Assembly (NCBI GenBank): GCA_044376115.1
Contig: JBILLK010000003.1
Location: 160,001-224,000, forward strand
Length of the DNA: 64,000 bases
Reading direction: 5' to 3'
DNA from: Polyangiaceae bacterium
GTDB taxonomy: Bacteria > Myxococcota_A > Polyangia > Polyangiales > Polyangiaceae
The first letter of the stretch is position 1, and every line of letters begins with the position of its first letter. The translations under genes were made by a program, and so were the position numbers. Shown piece by piece: positions 9,419-20,047 of this stretch. The notes beneath the pieces were generated by a model that saw only the letters and a list, made by a program, of their open reading frames with translations, was not told the origin of the DNA and made no database searches.

Positions 9419-10324
9419 GTGTTCGCTCGACTCGTTGCATCGGCCCTCGTGGCGTTGAGCTTTGGCTGTGCTGCCGAATCCCCGGAGGATCTGGCAGCGC
9501 ATGAAGAGGGCGAAGCTCGCCCGCTTCACGCTCGTGTTTTGGTGGAGCGCAGTGCAGACTCCGGTACCGTTCGAACCAACGTTTCGGCGAAATTCTTTCA
9601 GGTCGTCGGCAAGGAACTCGAGCTAGCCGATCGCTTCATCGGTTTTGGTCCAGCACTTCCAGCCGAAGGCGAGTGCATGGCGATGACCGCTCTCGATGGA
9701 ACTTTGACAAGACCTTCCACTGACTTCGCGGTGGACTTGTTGGACGTCGGAGACGTCGTCCTCTCGCTGCCGCGAGTCGACAGCCAGACCTTGCTTGCTG
9801 CTCGAGCCTTTCCCGATGTCGGCGAGATCGTGTCGGGCGTTTTCTACACCTCTCCCAACGCCGAGTTGGGCTTGCCCGCCCCAGGCCGGTACAAACTTGA
9901 AGCAGGTTGTTTTGACGTGCAGTCACCTCATGCTCGGTCTCAATGTCTCGGCACGACGCTCGGTGACGGCCTTACCATTGAGGCTGTGGCACCGAGCCCG
10001 CCGACAAATGCTGGGCTGTCGGCTGGTGCGTCCGTCAGACGTGGCAGTGACTTGAAGGTTCGTTGGGACGTTGACGCAACGCCGTCCGTTCAATCGACCA
10101 TCTACCTGGACTTCATCGCAGAGCGTTCTTATCGCTGCAGCTTTGCTGATGAGGGCGCCGCCGTTCTGCCCTCGGAGATTACGTCGGATGCTGTCGTAGG
10201 CGAGCAGGTCACCATCGTGGTGCACCGGCTCTCACGCCAACAGCTCAAGGAGGAGGGCGAGCAGCCATTCGAGGCCACCGTTCTCTTCGATCTATCGGAG
10301 TCGTTCGAACCGTTCGTCCAATAG
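9419..10324 (+). CDS. Hypothetical lipoprotein (beta-rich)
   Basis: Lipobox LSFGC; long ORF with tight operon spacing. Confidence 0.7.
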   Translation: MFARLVASALVALSFGCAAESPEDLAAHEEGEARPLHARVLVERSADSGTVRTNVSAKFFQVVGKELELADRFIGFGPALPAEGECMAMTALDGTLTRPSTDFAVDLLDVGDVVLSLPRVDSQTLLAARAFPDVGEIVSGVFYTSPNAELGLPAPGRYKLEAGCFDVQSPHARSQCLGTTLGDGLTIEAVAPSPPTNAGLSAGASVRRGSDLKVRWDVDATPSVQSTIYLDFIAERSYRCSFADEGAAVLPSEITSDAVVGEQVTIVVHRLSRQQLKEEGEQPFEATVLFDLSESFEPFVQ

Positions 10325-10333
10325 GGCCTTCGC

Positions 10334-12226
10334 GTGAGCGTTCGCCAGCTCGAGGAGGCTTGTGACTTTCGCGGCGCGGCTATACTCGCGATCGCTGAGC
10401 GCGACGGTCGCGCTGCGACTCGGCTCGCCGCGTTGGCTGGAGATTCGGCATTGTTCAGCCAAGCGGAAGAGCTGCTGGTCCAAGCCGGTAGTGACGGTGT
10501 GCGGCTTGCAGCATTCGAGCTCGACCAGCGCGGGTTCAGTGCGCTCGCCGCACGTCTCCATGAACGAGTTGGCGATCACCAAGAGGCAGCGATCTTGTTT
10601 GAGCGCGCCGAGCAGTGGCTGCGCGCTGCTGAATGTCACGAACGGGTTGGTCGTCCAGTCGACGCCGCCAAAGCGCTCGAACGTGGGCTTTCGCATGACG
10701 ACGCAGGCGACGACCTTCGCGAGGCCTTGGGCCGGTTGCTCTCTCGTCACGGTCGGCTCCCGCAAGCTGTAAAGCTGCTTCAACAGATCAAGAATCCAGA
10801 GATCAAACAGCGGACGGATCGCTTGGTGGTTCGCATGCTTCGCGACTTGGGTCTCGCGGTCGCTGCTGACGAGCTCGAGCGATCTTTGGTCGTCTCGGAG
10901 GAAGAGCTGGCACCCGCATCACGGCATCCGAGTCAGCCGCCGGTTTCAGCGCGGCCCAAGAGAACGATGTTTGGTCGCTACGAGATCCTGAGGGATCTGG
11001 CTCAGACACCGAACGCACAGCTATTTGAGGCTGAGGATCTGCTTTCGCGAGAGCGCGTGGTGATCAAGCTGCTTGTCATCGCTGGTCGCGGAGGTGGCCG
11101 TGATGCCGCCGTTCGCTTCGAACGCGAGGCGCGCGCCTTGACCATGCTTCGGCACCCAAACGTCGTGCCGTTGCTCGAGTACTTCGCTGAGGGTCCGGCC
11201 CTCGTGATGCCGTTCATGAGTTCGGGAAGCCTGGCCGATCTGCTGGAGCGCGAATCGATTGTGCCGGCGCGGGCCGCTGAGATCGCCCTCGCTGTGCTGA
11301 GTGCACTTGGAGAAGCCCATCGCGTCGGCATACTTCACCGCGACATCAAGCCGAGCAATGTGCTGTTTGATGAGGTCGGCGCTGTACGCGTATCCGACTT
11401 TGGCGCCGCTCACCTTTCGGATGGTTCCACCACTGTTACCGCCGGCGCGATCGGAACCGTGGCGTACATGGCGCCAGAGCAGCGGCAGTTTCTTCCTGCA
11501 GCAGTCGCGTCCGACCTGTACGCGGTTGGCGTACTGTTATTCGAGATGATCGCAGGTTTGCCGCCGACCTTTGGGGAGCCGAACAGACTGAGCGCACACC
11601 ACGAGGAACTAGGCGATGCGCACGACGCCGTGCTGGCTTCACTTCTCGCCGAAGATCCGGCCCAAAGACCACAGCACGCTGATGAGGCGAAGAACCTGTT
11701 GCTCGCGCGTACGTGGTCCTCTCGTCGACCAACTCGAAGTGCTCGGGTGAGCGCATCCGTTCGACCAGCTCCCGTTGGCAATGCGCGGTTCGTGCCCGTG
11801 CCTCAAGCGGCAACCCTTGGCGAATCCAGCGCTGTGTATTGCAATGACACCTCGCTCGCTCGCAACGTGTGCGTTCTGCCATTCGATGAACGCTGGCTCG
11901 CTGTGGTTCGCGGCTTTGCTGCAGCTCGAAGTTCATCGCTGGCCGCTGTCCTGTTGGCTTCCGAGGCTGGCGGGATCGTGGTTGTTGAAGCTCCCCGCGG
12001 CGAGCCCATTGGCGACCGCGTGCCCACCTCCCAGATGCTTGGTGAACTGCGGCGCGCGCTCTCCGAACTCCACGCTTCCGGAGTCGCTCACGGGTGCGTG
12101 GATCGCAGCCACCTCTACGTTGAAGCAGATGGCTTTCCCTTTTTAGCTTTCCCGTCCGTGCTCAACTCGGCCACACCGACGGACGACTTGCGCGCGTTGG
12201 GCGAGCTCTCGATAAGCAGACGCTGA
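10334..12226 (+). CDS. Cytoplasmic Ser/Thr kinase with N-terminal TPR-like helices and C-terminal degenerate kinase-like domain
   Basis: VVIK, RFEREA, HRDIKPSN, DFG, GTVAYMAPE; second LH..GVAHG motif near the C-terminus. Confidence 0.88.
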   Translation: MSVRQLEEACDFRGAAILAIAERDGRAATRLAALAGDSALFSQAEELLVQAGSDGVRLAAFELDQRGFSALAARLHERVGDHQEAAILFERAEQWLRAAECHERVGRPVDAAKALERGLSHDDAGDDLREALGRLLSRHGRLPQAVKLLQQIKNPEIKQRTDRLVVRMLRDLGLAVAADELERSLVVSEEELAPASRHPSQPPVSARPKRTMFGRYEILRDLAQTPNAQLFEAEDLLSRERVVIKLLVIAGRGGGRDAAVRFEREARALTMLRHPNVVPLLEYFAEGPALVMPFMSSGSLADLLERESIVPARAAEIALAVLSALGEAHRVGILHRDIKPSNVLFDEVGAVRVSDFGAAHLSDGSTTVTAGAIGTVAYMAPEQRQFLPAAVASDLYAVGVLLFEMIAGLPPTFGEPNRLSAHHEELGDAHDAVLASLLAEDPAQRPQHADEAKNLLLARTWSSRRPTRSARVSASVRPAPVGNARFVPVPQAATLGESSAVYCNDTSLARNVCVLPFDERWLAVVRGFAAARSSSLAAVLLASEAGGIVVVEAPRGEPIGDRVPTSQMLGELRRALSELHASGVAHGCVDRSHLYVEADGFPFLAFPSVLNSATPTDDLRALGELSISRR

Positions 12227-12231
12227 GGCGG

Positions 12232-14322
12232 CTACTTCGCCTCCCCCGCGCACCGAAAACCGATTGCGTGGCTATAGCGGTCAGGCGCCATCTTGTAACG
12301 CCATGCAGGGTTCGCCCATTGAGGGTCGGACCCGTTGAAAGACCCACCTCGAATGACCCGTTCTGTTCCCGAAGTAGCTCCTTTGGGATTGGTCACGTCA
12401 ATAGGCGTGTATGGCCCGTAATAGTCCGATACCCACTCCCATACATTGCCGGCGAGGTCCATTGCCCCATAGGAGGATTGGCCCTTAGGAAAGCTACCGA
12501 CAGGCGCTGTGCCAATGAAGGCGTCATCCGCTTCGTACATCGCTTTGGGGTCCTCGAGCTTTTGCGCAGTCGCCCACGACTTGAACTCCAGGCCGGCGGC
12601 GTTTAGCCGTGTAGCGTCCGGCGGCTCATGGCCCCAGGGGTAGTCGTTCTGGCCCTTTCCACGCGCCGCGTACTCCCACTCAGCCTCCGTCGGCAATCGC
12701 AAGCCCTTCCAACTGCAATACGCGGCGGCCATCTTGTAGTTGATGCAGTTGATAGGATGTTTGGCCCTGTCGGCTTTGCGGGCGTTGCAGAACGGCGTGT
12801 AAAGGGCCTTCTGCTCTTTCGTTAGCGGCTTATCCGAGTAGTTGACGTCGTCAGCCGTTCGCTCGCAGGCCCCGTCCCCTTCCTGGACGCACTTTTCGTA
12901 GGCCTCGACGGTGACCTCGGTCTTGTCGAGGCAGAACGCGGAGAGCGTTACCCTGAGGCCGTCCACATTGGCGCCTGCGTATTCTGGGAGCGATCGTGAC
13001 CCCATGAAGGTGGTGCCCTTGGGATGAAGCAACATACCCTCCGGACACGCTTCCCTTTGAGGTTGAGCTGACGACGCCGTGCCAGCGCTGGGTTCCTTTG
13101 GGAGTTCGGTTGCGGCGGCCGATCCACTGGTGCTGAGCGCAGCGGACGGCGCGTCGTTCGTTCCACTAGCTTTATAAGCTAAAAAGCCGCCCACCCCGGT
13201 AGCAACTACGGCAACTCCAACCGCCGCGAGCCAAGGAAACGGCTTCGGTTTCGGGGCAGTCGCGGCAGCCGACACGGCGGCCATTGTTCCGCCCGGCCCC
13301 GCTGGCGTCCCACCGCTGGTGAACTCTGGGGAAAAGAACGCAGTTGCGGCAGTGGCCTGCGGCATGGGGGCGCTGGCGTTGTCGAAGTTCATCGTAGCCA
13401 ACTTCAGGCGCCGCTCGGGCGCTACGCCTGTACCCACGAGATGCTGGAATGCTTGGGTCGCCGCGCCTGCCTCCTGAAAACGCGCGTCGATGTTGCGGTC
13501 GACACAGCGTGCGAACCAAGCATCAAAGCCGTGTGGAAGAACGTTTGGATCGACCCGAAGCTCAGCCGCACGTTGAGAGGCCAATGGCAGCGGCTCGAGA
13601 CAGATCTCTCGCAGCAATCCCGGTAGCGATCCACCGTCCGCCTCCATCCAATACGAACGCCCAGTCAGAAGGTAGAAGGCCATCAAGCCGAGTGCCCAAA
13701 CATCCGTCGCAGGGCAGACCCGGCCCCGCCGATCGGTTTGCTCGGGAGCCATGAACAACGGAGAACCGAGCGGTTGAGTACCCGTCTTTTGAATGCCATC
13801 CGCGACCAGCTTTGCGATCCCGAAGTCGAGGATTTTGGCAGTGAACGCAACGTCCCGTCGTTTGGACACCGTCAAGAAGACGTTCTCTGGTTTGAGGTCC
13901 CGGTGAACCACTCCTCGAGCGTGTGCTTGCTCCAACGCATGACCGATTTGAGCAAATATCTCCTTCAAATCGGCCAGTGCTAGCGGCCCTGTTCGCCCAA
14001 GCGCGTCGGCAAGCTCCTCCCCTCGCAGCAGCTCCATGACCAGGTAGGGCGCTCCCGTCGCTTCATCGACACCAGCGGTGACCGTCTCAACGACATGGTC
14101 GCTCTCAATAGCCGCGGCGATCTTGGCCTCTCGAACGAAGCGCTCGCGTGTTTCGGGGTTGTCCACGAGCTCTGGCGCCATCAGTTTGAGCGCCCGCTGG
14201 CGGCCTGTCGAGATCTGCTCGGCTACGTAAACCGCGCCCATTCCGCCCTCTCGAAGAGGCCGGATGACGCGAAAATCTCGCGCGAAGATAGTTCCAGGTG
14301 TGAGGGCGGAGAGCGAAGCCAC
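12232..14322 (-). CDS. Ser/Thr kinase fused via TM helix to FGE-sulfatase (SUMF1-like) domain
   Basis: GGMGAVY, HRDLKPEN, DFG; TM; TEVT, RLPTEAEWEYAARG, DLAGNVWEW, RGGSF, IGFRC; GTG start inferred. Confidence 0.92.
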   Translation of the reverse strand: MASLSALTPGTIFARDFRVIRPLREGGMGAVYVAEQISTGRQRALKLMAPELVDNPETRERFVREAKIAAAIESDHVVETVTAGVDEATGAPYLVMELLRGEELADALGRTGPLALADLKEIFAQIGHALEQAHARGVVHRDLKPENVFLTVSKRRDVAFTAKILDFGIAKLVADGIQKTGTQPLGSPLFMAPEQTDRRGRVCPATDVWALGLMAFYLLTGRSYWMEADGGSLPGLLREICLEPLPLASQRAAELRVDPNVLPHGFDAWFARCVDRNIDARFQEAGAATQAFQHLVGTGVAPERRLKLATMNFDNASAPMPQATAATAFFSPEFTSGGTPAGPGGTMAAVSAAATAPKPKPFPWLAAVGVAVVATGVGGFLAYKASGTNDAPSAALSTSGSAAATELPKEPSAGTASSAQPQREACPEGMLLHPKGTTFMGSRSLPEYAGANVDGLRVTLSAFCLDKTEVTVEAYEKCVQEGDGACERTADDVNYSDKPLTKEQKALYTPFCNARKADRAKHPINCINYKMAAAYCSWKGLRLPTEAEWEYAARGKGQNDYPWGHEPPDATRLNAAGLEFKSWATAQKLEDPKAMYEADDAFIGTAPVGSFPKGQSSYGAMDLAGNVWEWVSDYYGPYTPIDVTNPKGATSGTERVIRGGSFNGSDPQWANPAWRYKMAPDRYSHAIGFRCAGEAK

Positions 14323-14458
14323 GGCGACCTTTCTGTGAAACAGAGCTGCTCCCTGGAGGTTACGACCGAAAAGCAAAAGGGCTTCATCTAATCTGCTGAT
14401 GACAGGAATCGGCCCAGCCTATTGGCGCCCGCTTGTTGTGGCCCTAAGACGCGCCTCC

Positions 14459-16120
14459 ATGGCTATTGGACATCGACCCGTCAAGGCTGCTCGCGGCAGT
14501 GAACTTTCGTGCAAGGGCTGGATTCAAGAGGCCGCCCTGCGCATGCTCTCCAATAACCTCGATGCTGAGGTAGCCGAGCGTCCCGACGACCTTGTGGTTT
14601 ACGGAGGGACCGGGAAGGCTGCCCGCAGTTGGGAAGCCTTCGACGTGATCACTCGTGAACTCCGCGAGCTGGAAAACGATGAAACTCTGCTGATTCAATC
14701 CGGTAAAGCCGTTGGCAAGTTCCGAACACACGCCGACGCTCCGCGGGTTCTCATCGCCAACTCAAATCTCGTCGGCCGGTTTGCCACCTGGGATGAGTTC
14801 CGTAGGCTCGAAGCGCTCGGGCTGACGATGTATGGCCAAATGACCGCCGGGTCGTGGATCTACATCGGCAGTCAGGGAATTGTTCAAGGGACCTACGAGA
14901 CCTTCGTCGCTGCCCGCAAAGCGTATGAAGCCCGGACCGGAAAAACCGGCCTCTGGGCCTTGACCGCGGGCCTTGGTGGCATGGGAGGTGCCCAGCCGCT
15001 TGCGGCCGTAATGGCCGGCATCAGCTGCCTAGGGATTGAGGTTGATCCTGAACGCATCGAGAAGCGGCTACGCACCAAGTATGTCGACGTGCGGATCGAC
15101 GACCTCCACGAGGCGGTTGCCTATGTGAAACAGTGTGCGGCGAAAGGCACTCCAAAGAGCGTGGCTATGTGTGCTAACGCCGCAGACATCTATCCGGAGT
15201 TGGTCCGGCTAGGCCTCATCCCGGACCTCGTAACGGAGCAGACGGCGGCGCATGACCCGTTGGTTGGGTACGTGCCCCAGGGGCTCTCGCTACAGCAGGC
15301 GAAGGAACTCCGCGAAGCGGACCCCGCCACGTACATCACTCGAGCAAAGCACGGCATGCGAGTCGAGGTCGAGGCGATGTTGGCGATGCAGGAGGCAGGC
15401 GCCGAAGTATTCGACTACGGGAACAATATTCGGACCTGTGCCATGGAGGTCGGCTGTACGCGCGCATTCGAGATTCCAGGCTTTGTACCAGCGTATGTGC
15501 GCGAGTTGTTTTGCCAGGGGAAGGGCCCGTTTCGGTGGGTGGCGCTCTCGGGGGACCCAGCCGACATCGCAGCAACAGACGCTGCCGTTCTAGAGCAAGT
15601 CCCCAATGACCCCGATCTTCGTCGATGGATTCAGCTGGCTGGTGAGCGGATTCAGTTCCAAGGTCTCCCCGCGCGGATCTGTTGGTTGGGCTACGGGGAC
15701 CGAGCGCGTGTGGGTCTCGCGTTCAACGAGCTCGTGCGCAAAGGTATTGTGAAGGCACCCATCGTCATCGGTCGGGACCACCTCGATTGCGGCTCCGTTG
15801 CCTCGCCCTTCCGAGAGACGGAGGCCATGAAAGATGGCAGCGATGCCATCGCCGATTGGGCAATCCTGAACGCAATGGGAAACATCGCCGGTGGAGCGTC
15901 TTGGGTCAGCTTTCACCACGGTGGCGGAGTTGGAATTGGCAACTCACTTCACGCCGGCATGGTCATCGTTGCAGATGGCTCAGAAGCTGCGAAGAATCGG
16001 CTCGAACGCGTGTTAACGTTCGACCCTGGCATGGGAGTGATTCGCCATGCCGATGCAGGCTACGAGACAGCGATCTCGGTTGCCAAGGCTAAGGGCGTTC
16101 ATGTGCCCCATCAGCGTTAG
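14459..16120 (+). CDS. hutU: Urocanate hydratase
   Basis: [56 protein letters not shown]. Confidence 0.97.
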   Translation: MAIGHRPVKAARGSELSCKGWIQEAALRMLSNNLDAEVAERPDDLVVYGGTGKAARSWEAFDVITRELRELENDETLLIQSGKAVGKFRTHADAPRVLIANSNLVGRFATWDEFRRLEALGLTMYGQMTAGSWIYIGSQGIVQGTYETFVAARKAYEARTGKTGLWALTAGLGGMGGAQPLAAVMAGISCLGIEVDPERIEKRLRTKYVDVRIDDLHEAVAYVKQCAAKGTPKSVAMCANAADIYPELVRLGLIPDLVTEQTAAHDPLVGYVPQGLSLQQAKELREADPATYITRAKHGMRVEVEAMLAMQEAGAEVFDYGNNIRTCAMEVGCTRAFEIPGFVPAYVRELFCQGKGPFRWVALSGDPADIAATDAAVLEQVPNDPDLRRWIQLAGERIQFQGLPARICWLGYGDRARVGLAFNELVRKGIVKAPIVIGRDHLDCGSVASPFRETEAMKDGSDAIADWAILNAMGNIAGGASWVSFHHGGGVGIGNSLHAGMVIVADGSEAAKNRLERVLTFDPGMGVIRHADAGYETAISVAKAKGVHVPHQR

Positions 16121-16187
16121 CGCCGGTCTGGATTGATGACCGGAGGATAGATGGCCTCCCGCGCATGACCATGATAGCCATGCGCGT

Positions 16188-18089
16188 ATGTGTGGCGTCT
16201 TTGGTCGATTCAACTTTCGCACGCAGCAGCCGGTGCAGCGTGCGGAACTTGAAGCAATGGCCAAACTGCTCGGCCACCGCGGCCCTGACGGCGAGGGGTT
16301 CTTCGAGCATGGCCACCTCGCTCTCGGTCATAAACGCCTGGCGATTATCGATCTCGAGGGTGGGCGTCAGCCGATGCGCTCGGGCGACCTGACCATCTCC
16401 TACAACGGCGAGGTCTTCAACTATCTCGAGTTGCTGCGCGAGCTGTCCCAACGAGGCGTTCCGGCTAAGTCGCAATCAGACACCGAGGCCATCCTGCTTT
16501 CATATGCAGAGTATGGTTTGGACTTCGTCCAACGACTAAATGGCATGTTCGCGTTTGCATTGTGGGATGGGGCGAAGCAGCGTTTGCTGCTCGTCCGTGA
16601 TCGCATGGGCGTCAAGCCGCTCTACTATGCATTCACGAAGGACGGTGTCGTGTTTGCCTCCGAGCTCAAGGCCCTTCGCGTTGCAGCTGGGGTCGATGGT
16701 TCGCTCGATCTCGAGGCCTTCGACGACTACATGACGCTCGGTTACGTTGTGCACCCGCGGTCCATCGCTCGCGGAATCCGCAAGCTTGATCCGGGCACCA
16801 TGCTCATCCTTGAGGAGGGCAAGGAGCCGAAGTTCTCCACGTATTGGAGGTTAGCCTTCCACCCTGACTACTCCAAAAACGAGGACCAGTGGGCCGAGGA
16901 GCTCAAGTCGGTCTTCGAGGACGCTGTCCGCCTTCGGTTGCGGAGTGACGTGCCTTTAGGAGTGCTGCTTTCTGGTGGAGTAGACTCAACAGCGATCGCT
17001 ACAACCCAGGCGCGGCTCTCCCCCAACTCGGGTGGACTCAATAGCTATACCGTTGGCGTTGACGTACCGGGGGCTATCAACGAATTTCAATGGGCTCGCG
17101 AAGTGGCGAACTCGCTTGGCACGACCCATCACGAACTTCGCCTTACCTCAGAGGAGAACGGCGCTCATCTGGTCGAGGCCGCCTCGATGCTCGATGAGCC
17201 CCTCGTCGAGCCGATGGTTGGCCAGCTATTGGCAGTTTGTCGATTGGCTCGTAAAAAAGTCACCGTGCTCCTCTCGGGAGAGGGCGCGGATGAAACCTGG
17301 CTTGGCTATTCCGCCTATCGTCGAATGTACCTGCTAGAGAAATTGCGCCAGCTTCTGCCCAGCTCGGTGGTTCGGAACGCGAGACCGCTGCTAGAGTTTG
17401 TTGCCAGTCACGTAACCATCCCCGCCAGTAAGCTCAAGCAGCTGCGCAATGCTTTAGAACCGCTCGAACGAGGCTACCTAGGGCTCAACAACTTTGACCC
17501 GTTGCAGCGCCTCAAACTCTATTCAAGCAGTACTCGTAACGTTTTACTCCACAGGGACGTCCGCGAGAGTATGCGGTTGCTCTACGATGATGCTGGTGGC
17601 CCCGAGACGATGTCGCGCATGGCTGCTGTAGATTGTCGCGGCTGGCTCGTGGACAATACCTTGGCTCGAAGTGACGTCATTAGTATGGCCGCTTCGTTGG
17701 AGCTGCGGGTCCCGTTCATGGATTACCGTCTTGTGGAGCTTGCCATGCGAGTCCCAGCGGGGTTCAAGGTGCGTGGTGGTTCGCACAAGTGGATTCTGAA
17801 GCGCGCACTAAGAGACCGCGTACCTTCAACGATCGCCAATCGTAAGAAGATGGGCTTCCCCACGCCGCTTGCATCTCTTCTACGTGGTCGCTGGGGGCGG
17901 CAGGCAGAAGCGGAGTTGATGGACCCTTCGAGGACGAGCAAAGAACTGTTCGAGCGGGACAGGATTCGGCGAATGTTTCGGGACCATCGAGCGGGGCGCA
18001 ATGACTTCTCAATGCCCATCATTCAGCTGCTCATGTTTGAGTATTGGGCAGCGCGGGCGGACGAGCTCTCGGCGCTGAGGTCAACGTGA
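16188..18089 (+). CDS. asnB: Asparagine synthase (glutamine-hydrolyzing) family amidotransferase
   Basis: N-terminal MCG, HRGPD, YNGEVFN, RDRMGVKPLYY, LSGGVDS, SGEGADE, SLELRVPF, RKKMGF. Confidence 0.93.
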   Translation: MCGVFGRFNFRTQQPVQRAELEAMAKLLGHRGPDGEGFFEHGHLALGHKRLAIIDLEGGRQPMRSGDLTISYNGEVFNYLELLRELSQRGVPAKSQSDTEAILLSYAEYGLDFVQRLNGMFAFALWDGAKQRLLLVRDRMGVKPLYYAFTKDGVVFASELKALRVAAGVDGSLDLEAFDDYMTLGYVVHPRSIARGIRKLDPGTMLILEEGKEPKFSTYWRLAFHPDYSKNEDQWAEELKSVFEDAVRLRLRSDVPLGVLLSGGVDSTAIATTQARLSPNSGGLNSYTVGVDVPGAINEFQWAREVANSLGTTHHELRLTSEENGAHLVEAASMLDEPLVEPMVGQLLAVCRLARKKVTVLLSGEGADETWLGYSAYRRMYLLEKLRQLLPSSVVRNARPLLEFVASHVTIPASKLKQLRNALEPLERGYLGLNNFDPLQRLKLYSSSTRNVLLHRDVRESMRLLYDDAGGPETMSRMAAVDCRGWLVDNTLARSDVISMAASLELRVPFMDYRLVELAMRVPAGFKVRGGSHKWILKRALRDRVPSTIANRKKMGFPTPLASLLRGRWGRQAEAELMDPSRTSKELFERDRIRRMFRDHRAGRNDFSMPIIQLLMFEYWAARADELSALRST

Positions 18090-19264
18090 AGGTTGTCTTC
18101 CTCTCAACCTTGTACAGTTCCCCTGAACATCCACACCGAAGCCCTGGCAACGCGCGAATCTTGCGGGCGATGCGTAAGCATTGCGAATTGACGCTGGTGG
18201 TACCGCTGCCGTTCTATCCGGAGCCACTCGTTCGTCGCTATCCCGCGCTGCATGCACTCGCTATCGCGCCGGAAACCGAGCGAGATGTCGACGGTTACGA
18301 CATTCTCCACCCGAAGACCCTGCACCTGCCCAAGGTGGGTAGGGCCCTCTATGCAGGTCTGTTTGCCGGCTCACTACTGCGTCCACTTCAGAAGCTGCAT
18401 GCTGAACATCGTTTTGACGCCATGCTAACCGCCTGGGCCTATCCTGATGGGACTGGCGCGGTCGCGCTTGGAAAGGCGCTCAACTTGCCCACAGTAGTGC
18501 GTGTCATGGGGAGCGATATCAATGACTATGCTCACAAGCCCTATCGGCGACCACAGATTAAGTGGGCTATGCGCAATGCCAGTAGAGTGATCGCGGTATC
18601 AAGGCACCTGAAGGGCGAGGTAGAGAAGCTTGGGGCTAAAGCGGATAATGCCGTTTTCATTCCAACCGGCGTCGACCGGGCCCGCTTTGTTCACGTTCCG
18701 CGGGATGAGGCTAGACGGCAACTTGGTATCCAACATCAAGGTCCACTCGTGCTTGTCCCAGGTCGACTATCACCCGAGAAGGGAGTGAACTTCTTTCTGG
18801 ACGCGCTAGCGCAGCTGCCGTCGAGCGTGCACGGGATATTGGTGGGGGACGGTCTCGAGCGATCGAGACTTGAAGCGCAAGTGGCCTCGCTTGGCATTGG
18901 TCAACGGGTCACGTTTGCTGGCTTCCAACCCGAAGCGAGGATGCATTTGTATTATTCTGCGGCTGACGTTTCCTGCTTGGCCAGTCTCGAGGAAGGTTGG
19001 CCAGACGCTCTGATGGAAGCGTTCTCATGCGGGAGTACCGTGGTTGCTAGCAAGGTTGGTGGAGTGCCGGAGATCCTGGCGCTGACCGGCGAGGGACTAT
19101 TGGCCGAACCGGGAAACCCACAATCGTTGGCGGACGCTATCGGCCGGGCGCTCGCGACGAAGGTTGACCGCACCGCTCTCGCGGCGAAGATGGATGCTCA
19201 TTCGCTTGATTTGACTGCGCAACGGTATGTGGAGACCCTGCGCGACGCGGCTTCCCGAACTTAG
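18086..19264 (+). CDS. Glycosyltransferase family 4 (GT-B, TuaC-like)
   Basis: WAYPDG, GSDI, GRLSPEKG, EGWPDALMEAFSCG..VVAS.VGGVPE; GTGA overlap with asnB. Confidence 0.9.
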   Translation: MKVVFLSTLYSSPEHPHRSPGNARILRAMRKHCELTLVVPLPFYPEPLVRRYPALHALAIAPETERDVDGYDILHPKTLHLPKVGRALYAGLFAGSLLRPLQKLHAEHRFDAMLTAWAYPDGTGAVALGKALNLPTVVRVMGSDINDYAHKPYRRPQIKWAMRNASRVIAVSRHLKGEVEKLGAKADNAVFIPTGVDRARFVHVPRDEARRQLGIQHQGPLVLVPGRLSPEKGVNFFLDALAQLPSSVHGILVGDGLERSRLEAQVASLGIGQRVTFAGFQPEARMHLYYSAADVSCLASLEEGWPDALMEAFSCGSTVVASKVGGVPEILALTGEGLLAEPGNPQSLADAIGRALATKVDRTALAAKMDAHSLDLTAQRYVETLRDAASRT

Positions 19265-19326
19265 GTTGTTGGGGGAAGTTTCAACGCGTAATTGACGGTA
19301 CGCGTTCTTTGTTCAATCTGTTGATC

Positions 19327-20028
19327 GTGAGCGCAAGAGCGAAGAATCCTGGCCGCAAGGCTGGTCGCCACCGCCAACCTGAAGTCGCGGCTCAAGCGGC
19401 GGTTTCCAGGCCATTCGCCAAGGTCGTTCCGCGCCTTAAGAAGGCCCTTGCAGAGGCCAAGGCTAGCTCGAAGCGCGTTGAACCAAAGTCTACAAAGGCC
19501 ACCGCCGTTACCGAAGAATTGGCCTTCGCAGAACACATGCGAAACGTGACTCCCCTTCCAGCAAAGTCGGGCCGCATAACGAAGCGCACGGAGCCGGTGA
19601 CTCCGGAGGCGCCAATCGATGACGGAGCCCTCACAGGGGGAGAGCCGCAGCCCTGGCGCTTTGAGGTACAAGACGACGGCGTGCTTTTGGAGGGGCGGCG
19701 TGTCGACGTGGATCCACGGGAGCTCAGGCGACTGCGCACGAAGCGGTACCCGGTTGATGGCAAGCTCGATTTGCACGGAATGACCGTGGCCTGCGCCCGC
19801 CGTACAACCCTTGAGTTCGTTGCCAAGCGGCGCAGCCAAGGCGATCGAGTTGTGGAGATTGTCCACGGAAAGGGCTCCCATTCTCCGCGCGGTGAAGCCG
19901 TATTGCGTGGTGAACTTGGTGCCTGGTTGAGCCAAGGAATAGCGGTTAAGGCGGTGTTGGCTTTTGTTTCAGTCGTGGAACGCGGTGACGAGAGCGGAGC
20001 GGTATTGGTCCTTTTAGCCAAGCGATGA
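19327..20028 (+). CDS. Smr (small MutS-related) domain protein
   Basis: LDLHGMT, IVHGKGSHS, SGAVLVLL. Confidence 0.88.
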   Translation: MSARAKNPGRKAGRHRQPEVAAQAAVSRPFAKVVPRLKKALAEAKASSKRVEPKSTKATAVTEELAFAEHMRNVTPLPAKSGRITKRTEPVTPEAPIDDGALTGGEPQPWRFEVQDDGVLLEGRRVDVDPRELRRLRTKRYPVDGKLDLHGMTVACARRTTLEFVAKRRSQGDRVVEIVHGKGSHSPRGEAVLRGELGAWLSQGIAVKAVLAFVSVVERGDESGAVLVLLAKR

Positions 20029-20047
20029 CCACTCATGGTCCAGTGAG

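Noticed and set aside
16188..18089. AsnB-like protein as a lasso peptide cyclase
   Set aside because: Intact N-terminal Cys glutaminase domain; no B protein, RRE or precursor nearby
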